This document shows, in pieces, positions 11,841-24,135 of a DNA stretch of 64,000 nucleotides. Under the pieces are notes generated by a model. The model did not search any database. It was not told the origin of the DNA and was given only the letters and a program-made list of their open reading frames with translations. Each line of letters begins with the position of its first letter. Within the stretch, counting starts at the first letter, position 1. The translations under genes and the position numbers were made by a program. The stretch covers positions 154,876,001 to 154,940,000 of the forward strand of contig NC_042997.1 of the NCBI RefSeq assembly GCF_006345805.1, in the 5' to 3' direction. This DNA is from Octopus sinensis. Its lineage: Eukaryota.

Positions 11841-12445
11841 GGACAGGCTGAAAGGACAGGCTGAAAGGCTAAAAAGGACGCTAATGGTAAATATTAGAAA
11901 TAAAATATACAGAGAGCTGAGCGAACAAGAGAAGCGTAAACGTATATTTTTAAAAGAAATTTAAAACATCACCACACGAAAGGAGAAAACCACACTAATG
12001 GATTTAATATATGAAGAAAACAGACACGTAATACACCAATTCAATATCCATTTTAAGAGGAAGTTATCGTGGTTGAAACAGAAACATCAATATGAGCTCG
12101 CAAAGGAAGAAAAGCAGAAATATCCAGATACAATAAATGGAATTATTATGGAAGATGTGCTACTACCAGAAGAGTTCAATAAATACAATGAAACGAACAT
12201 CTATGGGGCAGTAACAACGGACCCAGACGAAATATCGATACTTCAACTACCACCAAAGTATGCAGTGTATAGTAAGGTGAATACCATCAAATGCCTGTCC
12301 GAGATTGAAAAGTCGTTCACAAAAATAAGTTGGAAATTAAATAGATACAATGACAACAACACTTGCGACAACAACAACAACAACGTGAAAAACACTAACC
12401 GCAGCAACAACAACACAAGAAAGGATCGGAGTATACAAAGGAGCC

Positions 12446-13126
12446 ATGAAGAAATTTGATAATATATTATGTAATGATAGGAATGGGATTTGCCCACTCT
12501 ATAGGAACAAGTCATGGAACACTATAGAAAGGACAAAAAAGAAAATAGGGAAGGCCAACTCTTGGTATGATAGCCATAAATACCAGAGTGTCATGTTCGT
12601 TGACACCACCCCTGGAGGTGAACTGGCGTACCGCTTTAGAAGGACCCTAGACAAACTTAAGCTAAGAATTAAGGTTGTTGAAAAGCCAGGCAACCCTATC
12701 AAATCTATAATTGGTAGAACCTATCCTTTTAGTAGAACCCCCTGTACGGAAAAGTACTGTACTGAATGTAGATTTAGCCCACAAATAAACTGTAAAGCCA
12801 GAAATGTAGTCTATAGTATAAGATGTATAGAGGGACGATGCAGTAACAAGACAACGACATACGTAGGGGAAACGACAAGAAGCATTGAAGAGCGAGTAAA
12901 CGTACATTGGAGACAACTCAAGGAAGGTAAAAGCTCATCGATTCTGTACCAACACGCCGAACAGGAACACGGGGGATCAATCAATAACATAGAAATTAAA
13001 ATATTGTCCACACATAGAACAGATGCAACAATTAGACAAATTACAGAAGCTACACACATAATAGAAAATAAACCTAGCCTGAATAGAAAACTAGAATGGA
13101 GCACTAACACACACCACAACATATGA
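12446..13126 (+). pseudogene. Uninterrupted PLE thumb plus GIY-YIG endonuclease reading frame (226 aa) without upstream RT
   Basis: VYSIRC...YVGET GIY-YIG motif with Cys/His Zn-finger-like residues and no internal stops. Confidence 0.85.
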
Positions 13127-13577
13127 CGATAGAGGATCCTGAAAACATAATAAATACACAGATAAATAAACTAATAGAAATAAATAACTATATATATATT
13201 TTTTTTCGATTCGATTTATTATTATTATTACTAGTATTGTTGTTATACATACATACATACATACATACATACATACATACATACATACATACATACATAC
13301 ATACAAGCATATGTAATGATAATAATAAGTGGATGTAAACACATGAACAAAATAAGAATAAATAAAAACAACAAAAACAAAAAACAAAATACAAATTACA
13401 TGAACACATATAAACAGAAGATACAAATATTACAGGCATCCCCCCACATACACACACTAAATAAACATAGATGCACATAGAGATATAAGCATGCGCAAAT
13501 GAAGACATACAATAGAAATACAAAATGGCTGACGGTTAGTAAGGAGAGACACAAATAAGAAAGAAGAAAACAAAGGA

Positions 13578-13617
13578 CCACTGATGCGGTCACAGGAGTG
13601 TGACGAAAGAACTCTGG
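13578..13617 (+). ncRNA. Variant type I hammerhead motif in the Naiad pLTR; mirror copy at 10339-10378 (-)
   Basis: CCA-CUGAUGC-G-GUCACA ggag UGUGAC-GAA-AG aa CU-C-UGG: A9 is replaced by C and there is one extra nucleotide before stem II. Confidence 0.55.
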
Positions 13618-14839
13618 CCGAAATAAGATTAAGATTAATGTAAAAAATAAATAACTCTGAAGCAAAATAACACCAAATATATAGTGCGTGTGTTTTTATT
13701 AGCTAAACTGGCAATATCACCATTCCGAAATATAACAATATCGGTTTCAACACACGACTTCACATAAAAAATCTTGCACAACAAATATAAATATATATAT
13801 ATATATATACGTATGTATGTATGTATGTATGTATGTATGTATGTATGTATGTATGTATGTATGTATGTATGTATGTGTGTATGAAAAATCTTTATATATA
13901 AAGTTTATGTTAGTGCTAGTACACATACACACACACTCAGGCACACATATAAGCACACACACATAAATGCATACACTCACACACGTATACACACACACAT
14001 AAATATGTATAGAGAGTGAATATATATGTGTGTGCTCATATGTGCATATGTATATGTATTAGAAAAAAAAACATTCTTTCCTACTTGGCTGGGATAAAAA
14101 CACAGATTCATTTATTGATATCATTCTTTAATGGATATTTTAGCAGAACAGATTGACAAAACAATAATTTTCAGCTCCCATCTAATTATTTATCGATAAT
14201 GATCATTGTTTAAGAACATAACAGGTTTTTATGGTCCTATTTTTATAAACTGCATTAATCACAATCAAAAGCAAACAGAAAATGTAATTCGTTGTTTCCC
14301 TGTGTTTGATATTTAAAAAGAAAACAATGCTAAGTTGATGACATAGCAGATTAGTTTCCTTTTGTATTCGCAACGTTAACACTTTCACTCCGGCACATAA
14401 TTTGTTTGCAAATAGAAAGTGGTTGATTAAGGTTGAAAGCCATCTAACAGACAAATGAAATTATGGTTTGTTTAGTAATCAGGAAGATCACAACACCTTG
14501 TTAAATAACCCACTTTATTCGAGGTGACTGACAATAATGAATTTCTTTTATCGAAACAACAAAAGAATCTCTTTTAGAAGACAGAAATTCGCTCGATATG
14601 CTAGAGTTAGCAGTTAAAAATCCAGCAAATCCTACATTCTGAAGAAAAAAAATGAAGTTTAATTTAGATATTGACTGCGGTCGGTCAGGCCTCTGTGTTT
14701 ATTTTTCTCTCGAGACCCCCAGCTGTTCTTGGACCCCGCGCTACCGATATCCTCCACAAAATCGGGATAAAAGCGGCCCGTCTGAGAATTGAGCCTCACG
14801 AGGTGGGGTGGCTGCTGCAGCCACTATTATAAAGATATT

Positions 14840-15268
14840 CTTTTCTACTCTGGACACAAGGCCCGAAATTTTCGAGGAGGGGACCAGTCGATTAGATCGA
14901 CCCCCAATACGCAACTGATACTTAATTTATTGACCCCGAAAGGACCCTTGATTAATATTTTTATAATAATTCAAGGTCGAAAGGCAAAGTCGACCCCGAC
15001 GGAATTTGAACTCAGAATGTAACGGCAAACGAAATACCTATTTATTTACTACCCACAATCGGCTAAACACAGAAAGGACAAACAAGGACAGATAAACGGA
15101 TTAAGTCGATTATATCAACCCCAGTGCGTAACTGGTACTTATTTATCGACCCCGAAAGGATTAAAGGCAAAGTCAACCTCGGCGGAATTTGAACTCAGAA
15201 CGTAGCGACAGACGAAATACTGCTAAGCATTTCGCCCGGCGTGCTAACGTTTCTGCCAGCTCGCCGCC
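14840..15268 (-). mobile_element. tRNA-derived SINE family S1, dimer with TSD
   Basis: Head GGCGGCGAGCTGGCAGAAACGTTAG (A box), GAGTTCAAATTCC (B box), central GTCGACTTTGCCTTT..CCTTTCGGGGTCGATAAAT. TSD-like TATT(A/G)TAAAGATATT at 14825-14839 and 15275-15289. Confidence 0.85.
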
Positions 15269-15479
15269 TTGAATTATTGTAAAGATATTAATCAAACGGT
15301 ATTTAAGAAAATCATTTATAAAATGACATCTTGTTTTCAATAAAATCATAATTAATAAAATCATATTCTACTAAAACAAAGTAATCACAAAAATGACAAA
15401 TATAATTTATATGGAAGGCTTTCCTTGTCAATTTCTCGGAGTCTACGTTAAACTATTTTTGATGATATGACAACAGATG

Positions 15480-15786
15480 GAAAATCAGCCATCATTGTAC
15501 ATGTTGGACTCTCCCGTCGTTAGACGACGTATGAGGGCTCTACAACTTCTCACCACACAGATGATTTGTTTTATAGTGATCAAATGTTTGTGTAGACATA
15601 AGCTCACTCCCTCCATCAGATCGACATTATCTATACAGGTGCAACGGGGTGCCACATGTCAGATGTCAAAACGATCGCAGAACAACGTGAAATGGAGTAC
15701 ATTGCTCAAGAAGAACACAACGCCCGGTCTGGGAATCGAAAACGTGATCTCACAATCGTGAGTGCAACACCCTAACCACTAAGCCT
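15480..15786 (-). mobile_element. tRNA-derived SINE (CORE-like central motif); related copies ~24240-24365 (-) and ~56735-57056 (-)
   Basis: Head GGCTTAGTGGTTAGGGTG...TTCGATTCC. The related copy near 24270 carries GTTGTGTTCTTGAGCAAGACAC. Confidence 0.7.
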
Positions 15787-15808
15787 TGCACCTTTACTAT
15801 ATATAATT

Positions 15809-15899
<91 letters not shown>

Positions 15900-16069
15900 C
15901 TACATACAGACAGACAGAGACAGAGAGAGGCAGAGATTGAGAGAGCCTGCGTATATGTATCTTCAGGAAATTAACTCTATTTCCTCATGTTAAATATGCA
16001 ATCAGCAGTTTCATTAATAGTCATAGATAAACAGACAGACAGACAGATAGATAGATAGATAGAGAAATG

Positions 16070-16205
<136 letters not shown>

Positions 16206-16215
16206 TGTAGATAGG

Positions 16216-16274
<59 letters not shown>

Positions 16275-16851
16275 GTATAGATCACTGTGAGTTTGTGCAT
16301 GGTCGTGCGTGACTTTGTACGTGCTCGCGTGAGAGCGTGTCTGTTGATGTGTTTCCTTCCTGGCAGAGTGAGCTGTCACCCTAATTAATAATCATACTTC
16401 TTGAAACTCTATATGTCTCATAGCATAAATGCTCACTTGGGGACTTACTTAAAGATATAATTAGTTGAATATTTGCAGGCTTCAGCTAACCGTAATTTTC
16501 AGCTCATCTCATTATTCATCTTCGATGTCCTTCGTGTCTTTGACCGTCTTGGAAATTTCATACGATAAATGTAAGAGTTAATATCTTCGAAAATTCCCAT
16601 TTTAACCTTATTTTGGTGAGATAAAAGGCAGTACAAAATATATTATATTTTCGGTTTTTGTTTTATTTCATGATGCAAAGACCAAATAATCTTCTTGAAA
16701 ATCTCCATAAAGCCCTAACAAGGTATTCTTTGTCTAAATAAAGTAAAAGGATAAATGTCCAAATTCTTTGCTGTGTTACCCATCACAAAATGATAATTTT
16801 ACTGTTTTTTCTGCTTACTTTAAATACGAGAACGCACATGCAAACACAAAT

Positions 16852-16890
<39 letters not shown>

Positions 16891-16967
16891 ATTCATATGC
16901 ATACATATGCAATATATATATAGATATGTTTGTATGTATACATATATATATACATACACACACATAC

Positions 16968-17010
<43 letters not shown>

Positions 17011-17014
17011 ATAT

Positions 17015-17310
17015 TGATTGATTGATTGATTGATTGATTCTAGTTTCCAGCTTATGAGCTGTGGCCATGCTGGGGCACCGCCATTTGGTGTTGCTACTTG
17101 GTTCACTTCATGGAGGCTTTCTAGCAACTGCTATTTGGTGCATGAGAGAGTTCGATGCAGCTGCCCTCATCTGCCCCTCCTGCCGTGAAGTTGGTTCATC
17201 TGGGACACCTGACAGGAAGAGATCCAGCTTCATTTTAAAGACATCTGTATCCACCCCATGCAGGTCTCTCAGGTTCTTCGGGAGGATATTATGGAGAGAG
17301 CCAATAAAGT
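17015..17310 (-). mobile_element. CR1/L2-like LINE 3' end with (AATC)n tail
   Basis: Minus frame LHNILPKNLRDLHGVDTDVFKMKLDLFLSGVPDEP...RAAASNSL, then GGCGGTGCCCCAGCATGGCCACAGCTC and (AATC)n. Confidence 0.85.
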
Positions 17311-18099
17311 GATTAGTTGCTTTTCTTTTACCATGAAATATAAATACCGAAAGAAGTTTTGCGATAGATCAGAGCAAAATTAGATAATTTTCATACACAT
17401 TCTTACAAAGACAGTGTTTTTGTTTTTCTTTTTTACCTTATCTTCGCTTTGGCATTTTTCAGTCTTTTGAAACTGAACTGACAGAGTAGCATAAATTATT
17501 TCAGAAAACTATAATTGAATATTTGAAAAGCTTCTTCCTTTCGTTTCATTTAATTATAAAGCAATGTTGAGAGATGTCAACAGATTTTGAAGATATTTCC
17601 CATTGCTGGCTTAATCAATGACACCGCATATTATAAATTATCGATTACTAAAGTTAGGAAGTTTGCAACCACGGATCACCTTGTATGTTTCAGACACTGA
17701 GCGTACTCATAGCGCACCGGGCGGGAGAATGCAATTTCTAAAATATTCCTTCTGAATTTGACAAGAATTTGAAGCACCAGACATGTCTGTGGTTCTCTGA
17801 ACATGGTTTGGGGATAGCTAAAAACTTCCTAGTATTCAGGTTTTTATTATTACATAATGCAACATTAATTTTGTAGAGTGGTCGAATTGGTAAAGAGCCT
17901 CGCAGGGTATAGTTACAGCTTTCTACATTTTCAGTTAAACTCCTCATGTCATCAGATATAAGTATCAACTTCGAATTGGAGCCCAATAAATTGACTACTT
18001 TCCTCTTCCTACTATAGAAATCATAATTGTTAAGATGATCACACTGTATTTCAGGAAATCATTTCTAAAATTGCAGCCTTTTCAATCATATTTTATTAT

Positions 18100-18711
18100 T
18101 TTCTACTAAAGGTACAAAGTCAGAAATTTGGAGGTAGGGGGCCAGTCGATTAGATCGACTCCAGTACGCTACTGGTATTTCATTTATCGACCCCAAAAGG
18201 ATGAAAGGCAAAGTCAACCGCGGCGGAATTTGAACTCGGAACATAAAGACAGATGAAATACTGCTAAGCATATCGCCCGGCATGCTAACGTTTCTTATTT
18301 CTTCATTGTCCACAAGGGGTTAAACATAGAGGGGGACAAACAAGGACAGACAAAGGGATTAAGTCGATTACATCGACTCCAGTGCGTAACTGGTACTTAA
18401 TTTATCGACCCCGAAAGGATGAAAGGCAAAGTCAACCGCGGCGGAATTTGAACTCAGAACATAAAGACAGATGAAATACCTATTTCTTTACTACCCACAA
18501 GGGGCTAATCACAGAGGAAACAAACAAGGACAGACAAACGGTTTAAGTCGATTAGATCGACCCCAGTGTGTAACTGGTACTTAATTTATCGATCCCGAAA
18601 GGATGAAAGGCAAGGTCGACCTCGGCAGAATTTGAAGTCAGAACGTAACGGCAGACGAAATACCGCTGAGCATTTCGCCCGGCTTGCTAACGTTTCTGCC
18701 AGCTCGCCGCC
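18100..18711 (-). mobile_element. SINE S1 head-to-tail trimer
   Basis: Three consecutive S1 bodies; only the rightmost keeps the complete GGCGGCGAGCTGG head. Confidence 0.88.
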
Positions 18712-20447
18712 TTTTTCAAGCATATCTTATTGATCGAATTAAGACTTCCAGTAGAACAAAATAATCACAGTAATGAATAAATACAGTTTGTAAAGGAAAA
18801 CGTTACATGCATGCAAATTAATCGCAGTCTTCGTTAAACTATTTTCCACGCTATAACAACTGATGAAAGACAAGCCGCCATTATATATATCTTGTGTGTG
18901 TGTGTATGTGTGTGTGTACGTGTGTGTGTGTTTGTGTGTGTGTGTGTATGAGTGTGTATCTTCATGAAATAACCTATTTCTATTTTCTTATGTTGCAGCT
19001 TCCATCAAGAGAATCTGATTATTACAGTAATATATAAGTGTGAGTCTACTTACACGAAAGTGTGTGTGTGTGCGTGCGTGTGTGTGCGTGCGTGTGTGTG
19101 CGTGCGTGTGTGTGCGTGCGTGTGTGTGCGTGCGTGTGTGTGCGTGCGTGTGCGTGCACATATATGCTTTTACGTGCATGTAAGACAGAATGATAAGTAT
19201 TCCTTTTGTCAAATTGAACTGTAACACTAATTAATAATTATACTTCATGAAACTCGATATGCCTTATATTATAAATGTTCACTTGGGAACTTACTTCAAG
19301 ACACAATTAGTTGAGCATTTCCAAACACCAACTAACCATAGCTTCGATAAACTGCAGCTCATCTCATTATTCTTCTTCCGTGTTCTTCATTTGATTAATA
19401 AGCAGTGCTTGACCAACTTGGCAATTCGTTTGCGGGTTATCTTTAACAATTTCCATTTTCATTTTCTTCATTTTTAACCGTTCATTGTAAGTTGATAGGA
19501 AGTTATGAGATGTAGTATATTTTCAGGTTTCTGTTAAAGGATGTATACACAAAATAACATTAAATAATCTGTATAAAAAGATTAATTTAAAACGTTTCAA
19601 TATCCATATTATATGAAAAATGCCAATGACATGAACAGTTGCTTTTTGTTTTTTGTCTTTTTGTTCTTGTTTTTTTTTTTTTTTGCATGAAATTTAAATA
19701 CCAAAAGAAGAATTCATATTCGTGAGAGTTAGATTGATTATTTTTGTACTTCACATTCTAAGACAGAAAATTTATTTTTCTTATCTTTTCATTGGTATCC
19801 TGCAGTCTTTTCGAACTAAAATGACAGGGTTGCATTAATTATTTTAGCAGTATATAATAAGATATTTGAAAAGCTTCTGCTTTCTTTCCATGTGTTTTCG
19901 TTGGATTATGAAAAATACGTTGAGAAATATAATATTTTACTTTTGTTATTTAGTATTTAGTATTAAAGTCAAGAAGATTAGACACATATACTTGAACCTT
20001 TGAATGTGATTCTCGGGTAACAGTCACGCCTTTGTAGCACCGAAAGTGTTTCTTGTGAACTGAATGTGTCTTTGGGGCAACGTAATTGTCTGGTTGACAA
20101 TGATCGTGTTTTTGTATGACTGGAACATTTAGAAAAGGATCAACAGTTGATATCTTGGGATCGGCGTTGTGCTTTGTCTCTGTTCTAAGACACTTATTAC
20201 TAATTTCATCTCCAGAGCCCAGTCCATCCGACTTTTGAGAATCTACCACGGAATGATATTATATCTGCAATCATCAGCAACATAATAACCTGACCAATGT
20301 TTTGTTAACTTGCAAGATCTATGGAACACATTTCACGAAAATAAAGCTTGGCCGTTGAATTTTTAACCAACCCTAGCAAAATGCATGAGTACAAGATCCC
20401 TATAAGTTCAATTTAACCTCCGTGGGTGAATTCTGAATGGATGGTGC

Positions 20448-20484
<37 letters not shown>

Positions 20485-20487
<3 letters not shown>

Positions 20488-20840
20488 GAGATAAGAAAAT
20501 GGAGAAATACATCTAAATCAAATACCAATTACCAGATAATACTCAATCACATACTTTATTAAACCACCACATAAGAGACTGTAGGGTTAAACATAAAAAA
20601 GCAGAACAAATCAGTGTACATAAAGGAATGTACATAAAAAAGTGTACATAAAAGAGTAATGTTGTATAATAAGTAGAATATATATAAAAAAAGAATATAC
20701 ATATAAGTAAATATAAATATAAGTATAGATTACATCTTACAGCTGTTTCGGCCATGTAGATAAGTATGCCTCATTTTACCAATATTAGCCTTTTATGGTA
20801 GGTCAATATATAGATATAAATGAGACATTTACAAAATATA
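20485..20840 (-). mobile_element. Truncated PLE-like tail between (TA)n tracts
   Basis: Minus strand has GGCCGAAACAGCTGTAAG (same stem III as the 45613 element) followed by an AT-rich tail. No intact HHR core. Confidence 0.45.
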
Positions 20841-21040
20841 TATATATAGTTTTAGAGGGCCAACAGTGATTACGAAGTTTTGGCTTTGTTGACTTAAACT
20901 TCGAAGTCACTATGAACAACATTCGTGTATAAAAATAATAAATTTCAACAAAAGTATCGTATAACCCATCAGATTAATATAAAATTATTTTTATTATAAC
21001 TTAACATAAAAGCAGACATTAATATAACAATATATATATA

Positions 21041-21149
<109 letters not shown>

Positions 21150-23107
21150 TATATATATATATATATATACATACACATATATTTATAGATATATATGTGT
21201 GTATGTATATGTATATACATATATATATGTATACACATATACATACACATATATATATATAGATATATTATATATATATATGTATCTATGTATGTATGTA
21301 TATACATACATACCTAGCGTGTGTTTGTGTGTGCGTGATTAGCAATATATATGCATTACTTGAACCATGACTAATTATTACAATCTACATCATTTAACGT
21401 CTTATCTACTATATCAATCTCATAGAGCAACACCAATGGTGAATTTAATCGCGCAATTGATAATCACTACAGTCAAGTTAGAGCCATCATACTCTATGTA
21501 GCGAGGAACATGTCTAATTAATTAACAGGTATACTATCAGAAGCACACATTAATTTTAGTTTAATCTGATTTTTGGCAAGTCATCTGAACTGCTCGTTGC
21601 ATAAATCTTAATAATTAATTATATCTTTCACTCTCAATACATTAAATTTGATGATAATACTTATTAATAGTTTTTTTCGTATGGCTAACATAACTGGTTA
21701 ATTTTCGTGGTCATTCTGATAATTTTTAACAACTATTTATGAGCATTTATACTTATACAATATTTCTAAAGTGATTCTTTTATTAATCTGACAAATATGG
21801 AGAATTTTAAATTTCACAGAGGAGGCTTAAAAAAAATGAAACATGTCTAGATTTGTCGTCCATGCTACTAATATTAAACTGAATTTGTATTTGTCATAAA
21901 ATTAATAGTTTATTCTCACTCAATAAGTATTATAATTGATTTGTTTCTTCAGTACATAGAGTTTGATGAACATGCTTCAAATCATATTTTTCTTGCAGGA
22001 AATATTTACTACTTTTGACTGGGAGAAATATTTGTAGAGGAAAAGAAAATAGTTAATTGGGTTGAACTCTATATAACAAAAGTAATTATTTTTCGAATGG
22101 GACAGGGGAATGAAGAGTAATTAAGCAGAAGTATGATTTGAACTCAGATCGTATGCATTTATTCCACTACTCTGATATTTCCAATAACTCACTGCTTTTA
22201 CTAATGTAGTATTATTCTTCCAAATTAAATATAACATTTCAAAACTTTCTCTGTGAAAATATATGTGCATGAGCAACTGAACGTTCACTGAAAGAAATAC
22301 TCAAGAGACGTCTCAAAAGTATCTCCGTTTAAATAAGTTAGTCCTAATATATTGAATAAATGGCTTGTTTAAAAGCTAACTGGAAATGAATATACAATAT
22401 GGGTGTTCATTTCCATTTTTCATTTCCCTTTTTTCATTTTCCAGGTAGGTAAAGGAGATAACTCCAGGCCAGTTCATTTTTGGTCTCAAGTCGAACTCAT
22501 GATTGATATTTAAACTTCCTCTGGTTCTCAGTGTTTCTCCAATATCATTGAAATATATTCAAGTGTCAAAACTGTACAATAGCAAGATAGATTAGACGTT
22601 GAAAATGAGGGTTTTTCCAATAATATTGAGCACACAGGAAAGGGTTTTACTCTTTCACCCTCGTAATACAATATAGAGATAATGTGTCTTCTATTTCTGT
22701 GGCTTATAAAAGAATAAGCTTTCCTTTTAGAGAGAAAACGTAACGTGGATAAATAGTTTTCAATAAAAGGGAAAAAGTAATAAATATATAATAAATTCTT
22801 TTAAGAGCTTAACATACCTTGTGACAAAGTATATTTGTATCTTAATATTTCAGTATCTCAAATGAATTTACTCTTTACTGGTTTTATACAACGAATTGCC
22901 GCCGTATTGGACCACAGACTTCATCGGTTTTTGTCGATTATATTAGCTTCATCAGTACTTTGTATGGTACCTACTTAATCGATCACGTAAGAAACGAAGA
23001 TCACGTTGTCCTTAGAGTAAAAAGAGAAAACTCAATAGAAATTATTCTTGGCACGTTTTTCACTGCCCCCATTTGTTCCCAGCATGCCGATACATGCGCT
23101 CATACAA

Positions 23108-23144
<37 letters not shown>

Positions 23145-23209
23145 AATTTCCTGTTAAGGTAAGAGCAACAAAATGTATGCCATCCGGTTTGTGTATATAT
23201 ATGTGTGTG

Positions 23210-23570
23210 GGGGAGTATGTGTGTGGCTGTATAGTAAGACGCTTGCTTCCCAACCACATGCCTCCGGGTTCAGTCCCACTGGGCATCTACTTTAGCCTCG
23301 GGTCGACCAAGCCTTGTGAGTGGATTTTGTGGAGGAAACTGAAAGAAGACTGTCGTATGTGTGTATGTGTGTATGTGTGTGTGTGTGTGTATTTATTTCC
23401 CCAACAGCACCGCTTGATAATCGGTATTGGTGTGTTTACGCCCCCGTACTTTGCGGTTCCGCAAAGAGACCGATATAATAAGTATTCGACTAAAAACCCT
23501 TCAATGTGGTGCTCAGCATGGCCGCAGTCAAGTGACTGAAACAAGTAAAAGATAAAAGATATACGACAGA
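23210..23570 (+). mobile_element. SINE family S2 (tRNA head, internal microsatellite, CR1-like tail); other copies ~55105-55495 (+), 62484-63020 (-); partial at 5465-5512, 24535-24665, 26240-26385, 46735-46900
   Basis: GCTTGCTTCCCAACCACATG..GGGTTCAGTCCCACTG, CTTGTGAGTGGATTT..., internal (GT)n, and tail CAGCATGGCCGCAGTCAA..GACTGAAACAAGTAAAAG. Confidence 0.85.
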
Positions 23571-23964
23571 CTTTGAGCAACTCAACTTGATGCACAGAAT
23601 GATCAAGTTCAGAATTACGCAGTTGTGAAAAGGACTCATTTTATTATACGGCTTTGCCTGTACCCATATTTACCGCATGACAACATTCTCGGATAAGATA
23701 TTTACATGCATGTCATTTTCATAAAATATATTTCAACGTTTCCTTATTACTGCAAAATCTCCTCCGCGTATCCATGTTGAATTGCTACTGGACTGAAATG
23801 ATCTCATCGCTAAGGTCTACTTCATCTGTTACTTCTACCTTACGTAACAATTTTTCGAAGATTCTTGTTTCCTTCTTCCCTGAAATAAATAATTTCTACC
23901 ATAGATCGAGTCGACCAAAGCCTCGTGAATGAATTTGATTGAGGGAAATTGAAAGAATCCCGTC

Positions 23965-24060
<96 letters not shown>

Positions 24061-24062
24061 GA

Positions 24063-24135
<73 letters not shown>

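Larger units (their letters stand above)
11841..13741 (+). mobile_element. Naiad-type PLE, right arm (N-terminal region fused by deletion to thumb/EN, then pLTR)
   Basis: ORF 11998-12459 has LPPKYAVY...EIEKSFTKISW. ORF 12446-13126 has SVMFVDTTPGGEL, IKVVEKPG, CxxxxCxxC...C..RNVVYSIRC...YVGETTR...R...H...S.LYQH...H. The arm 12417-13741 is the reverse complement of 10215-11536. Confidence 0.88.

Noticed and set aside
13120-13170. Possible SECIS or selenocysteine read-through in the Naiad element (some Naiads are selenoproteins)
   Set aside because: All Zn-finger positions are Cys codons, the terminal TGA is followed by TAG two codons later, and ATGAC...AAAA has no complementary 3' arm.
15700-15786. 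tRNA genes at A/B-box sequences (here and at other SINE heads)
   Set aside because: No full cloverleaf, and each continues into a SINE body.
20740-20795. AATGAGGC...GCCGAAACAGCTGTA hammerhead-like motif (a similar one lies at 45405-45445)
   Set aside because: The core lacks CUGA/UUGA and stem I cannot form; not counted as a ribozyme.
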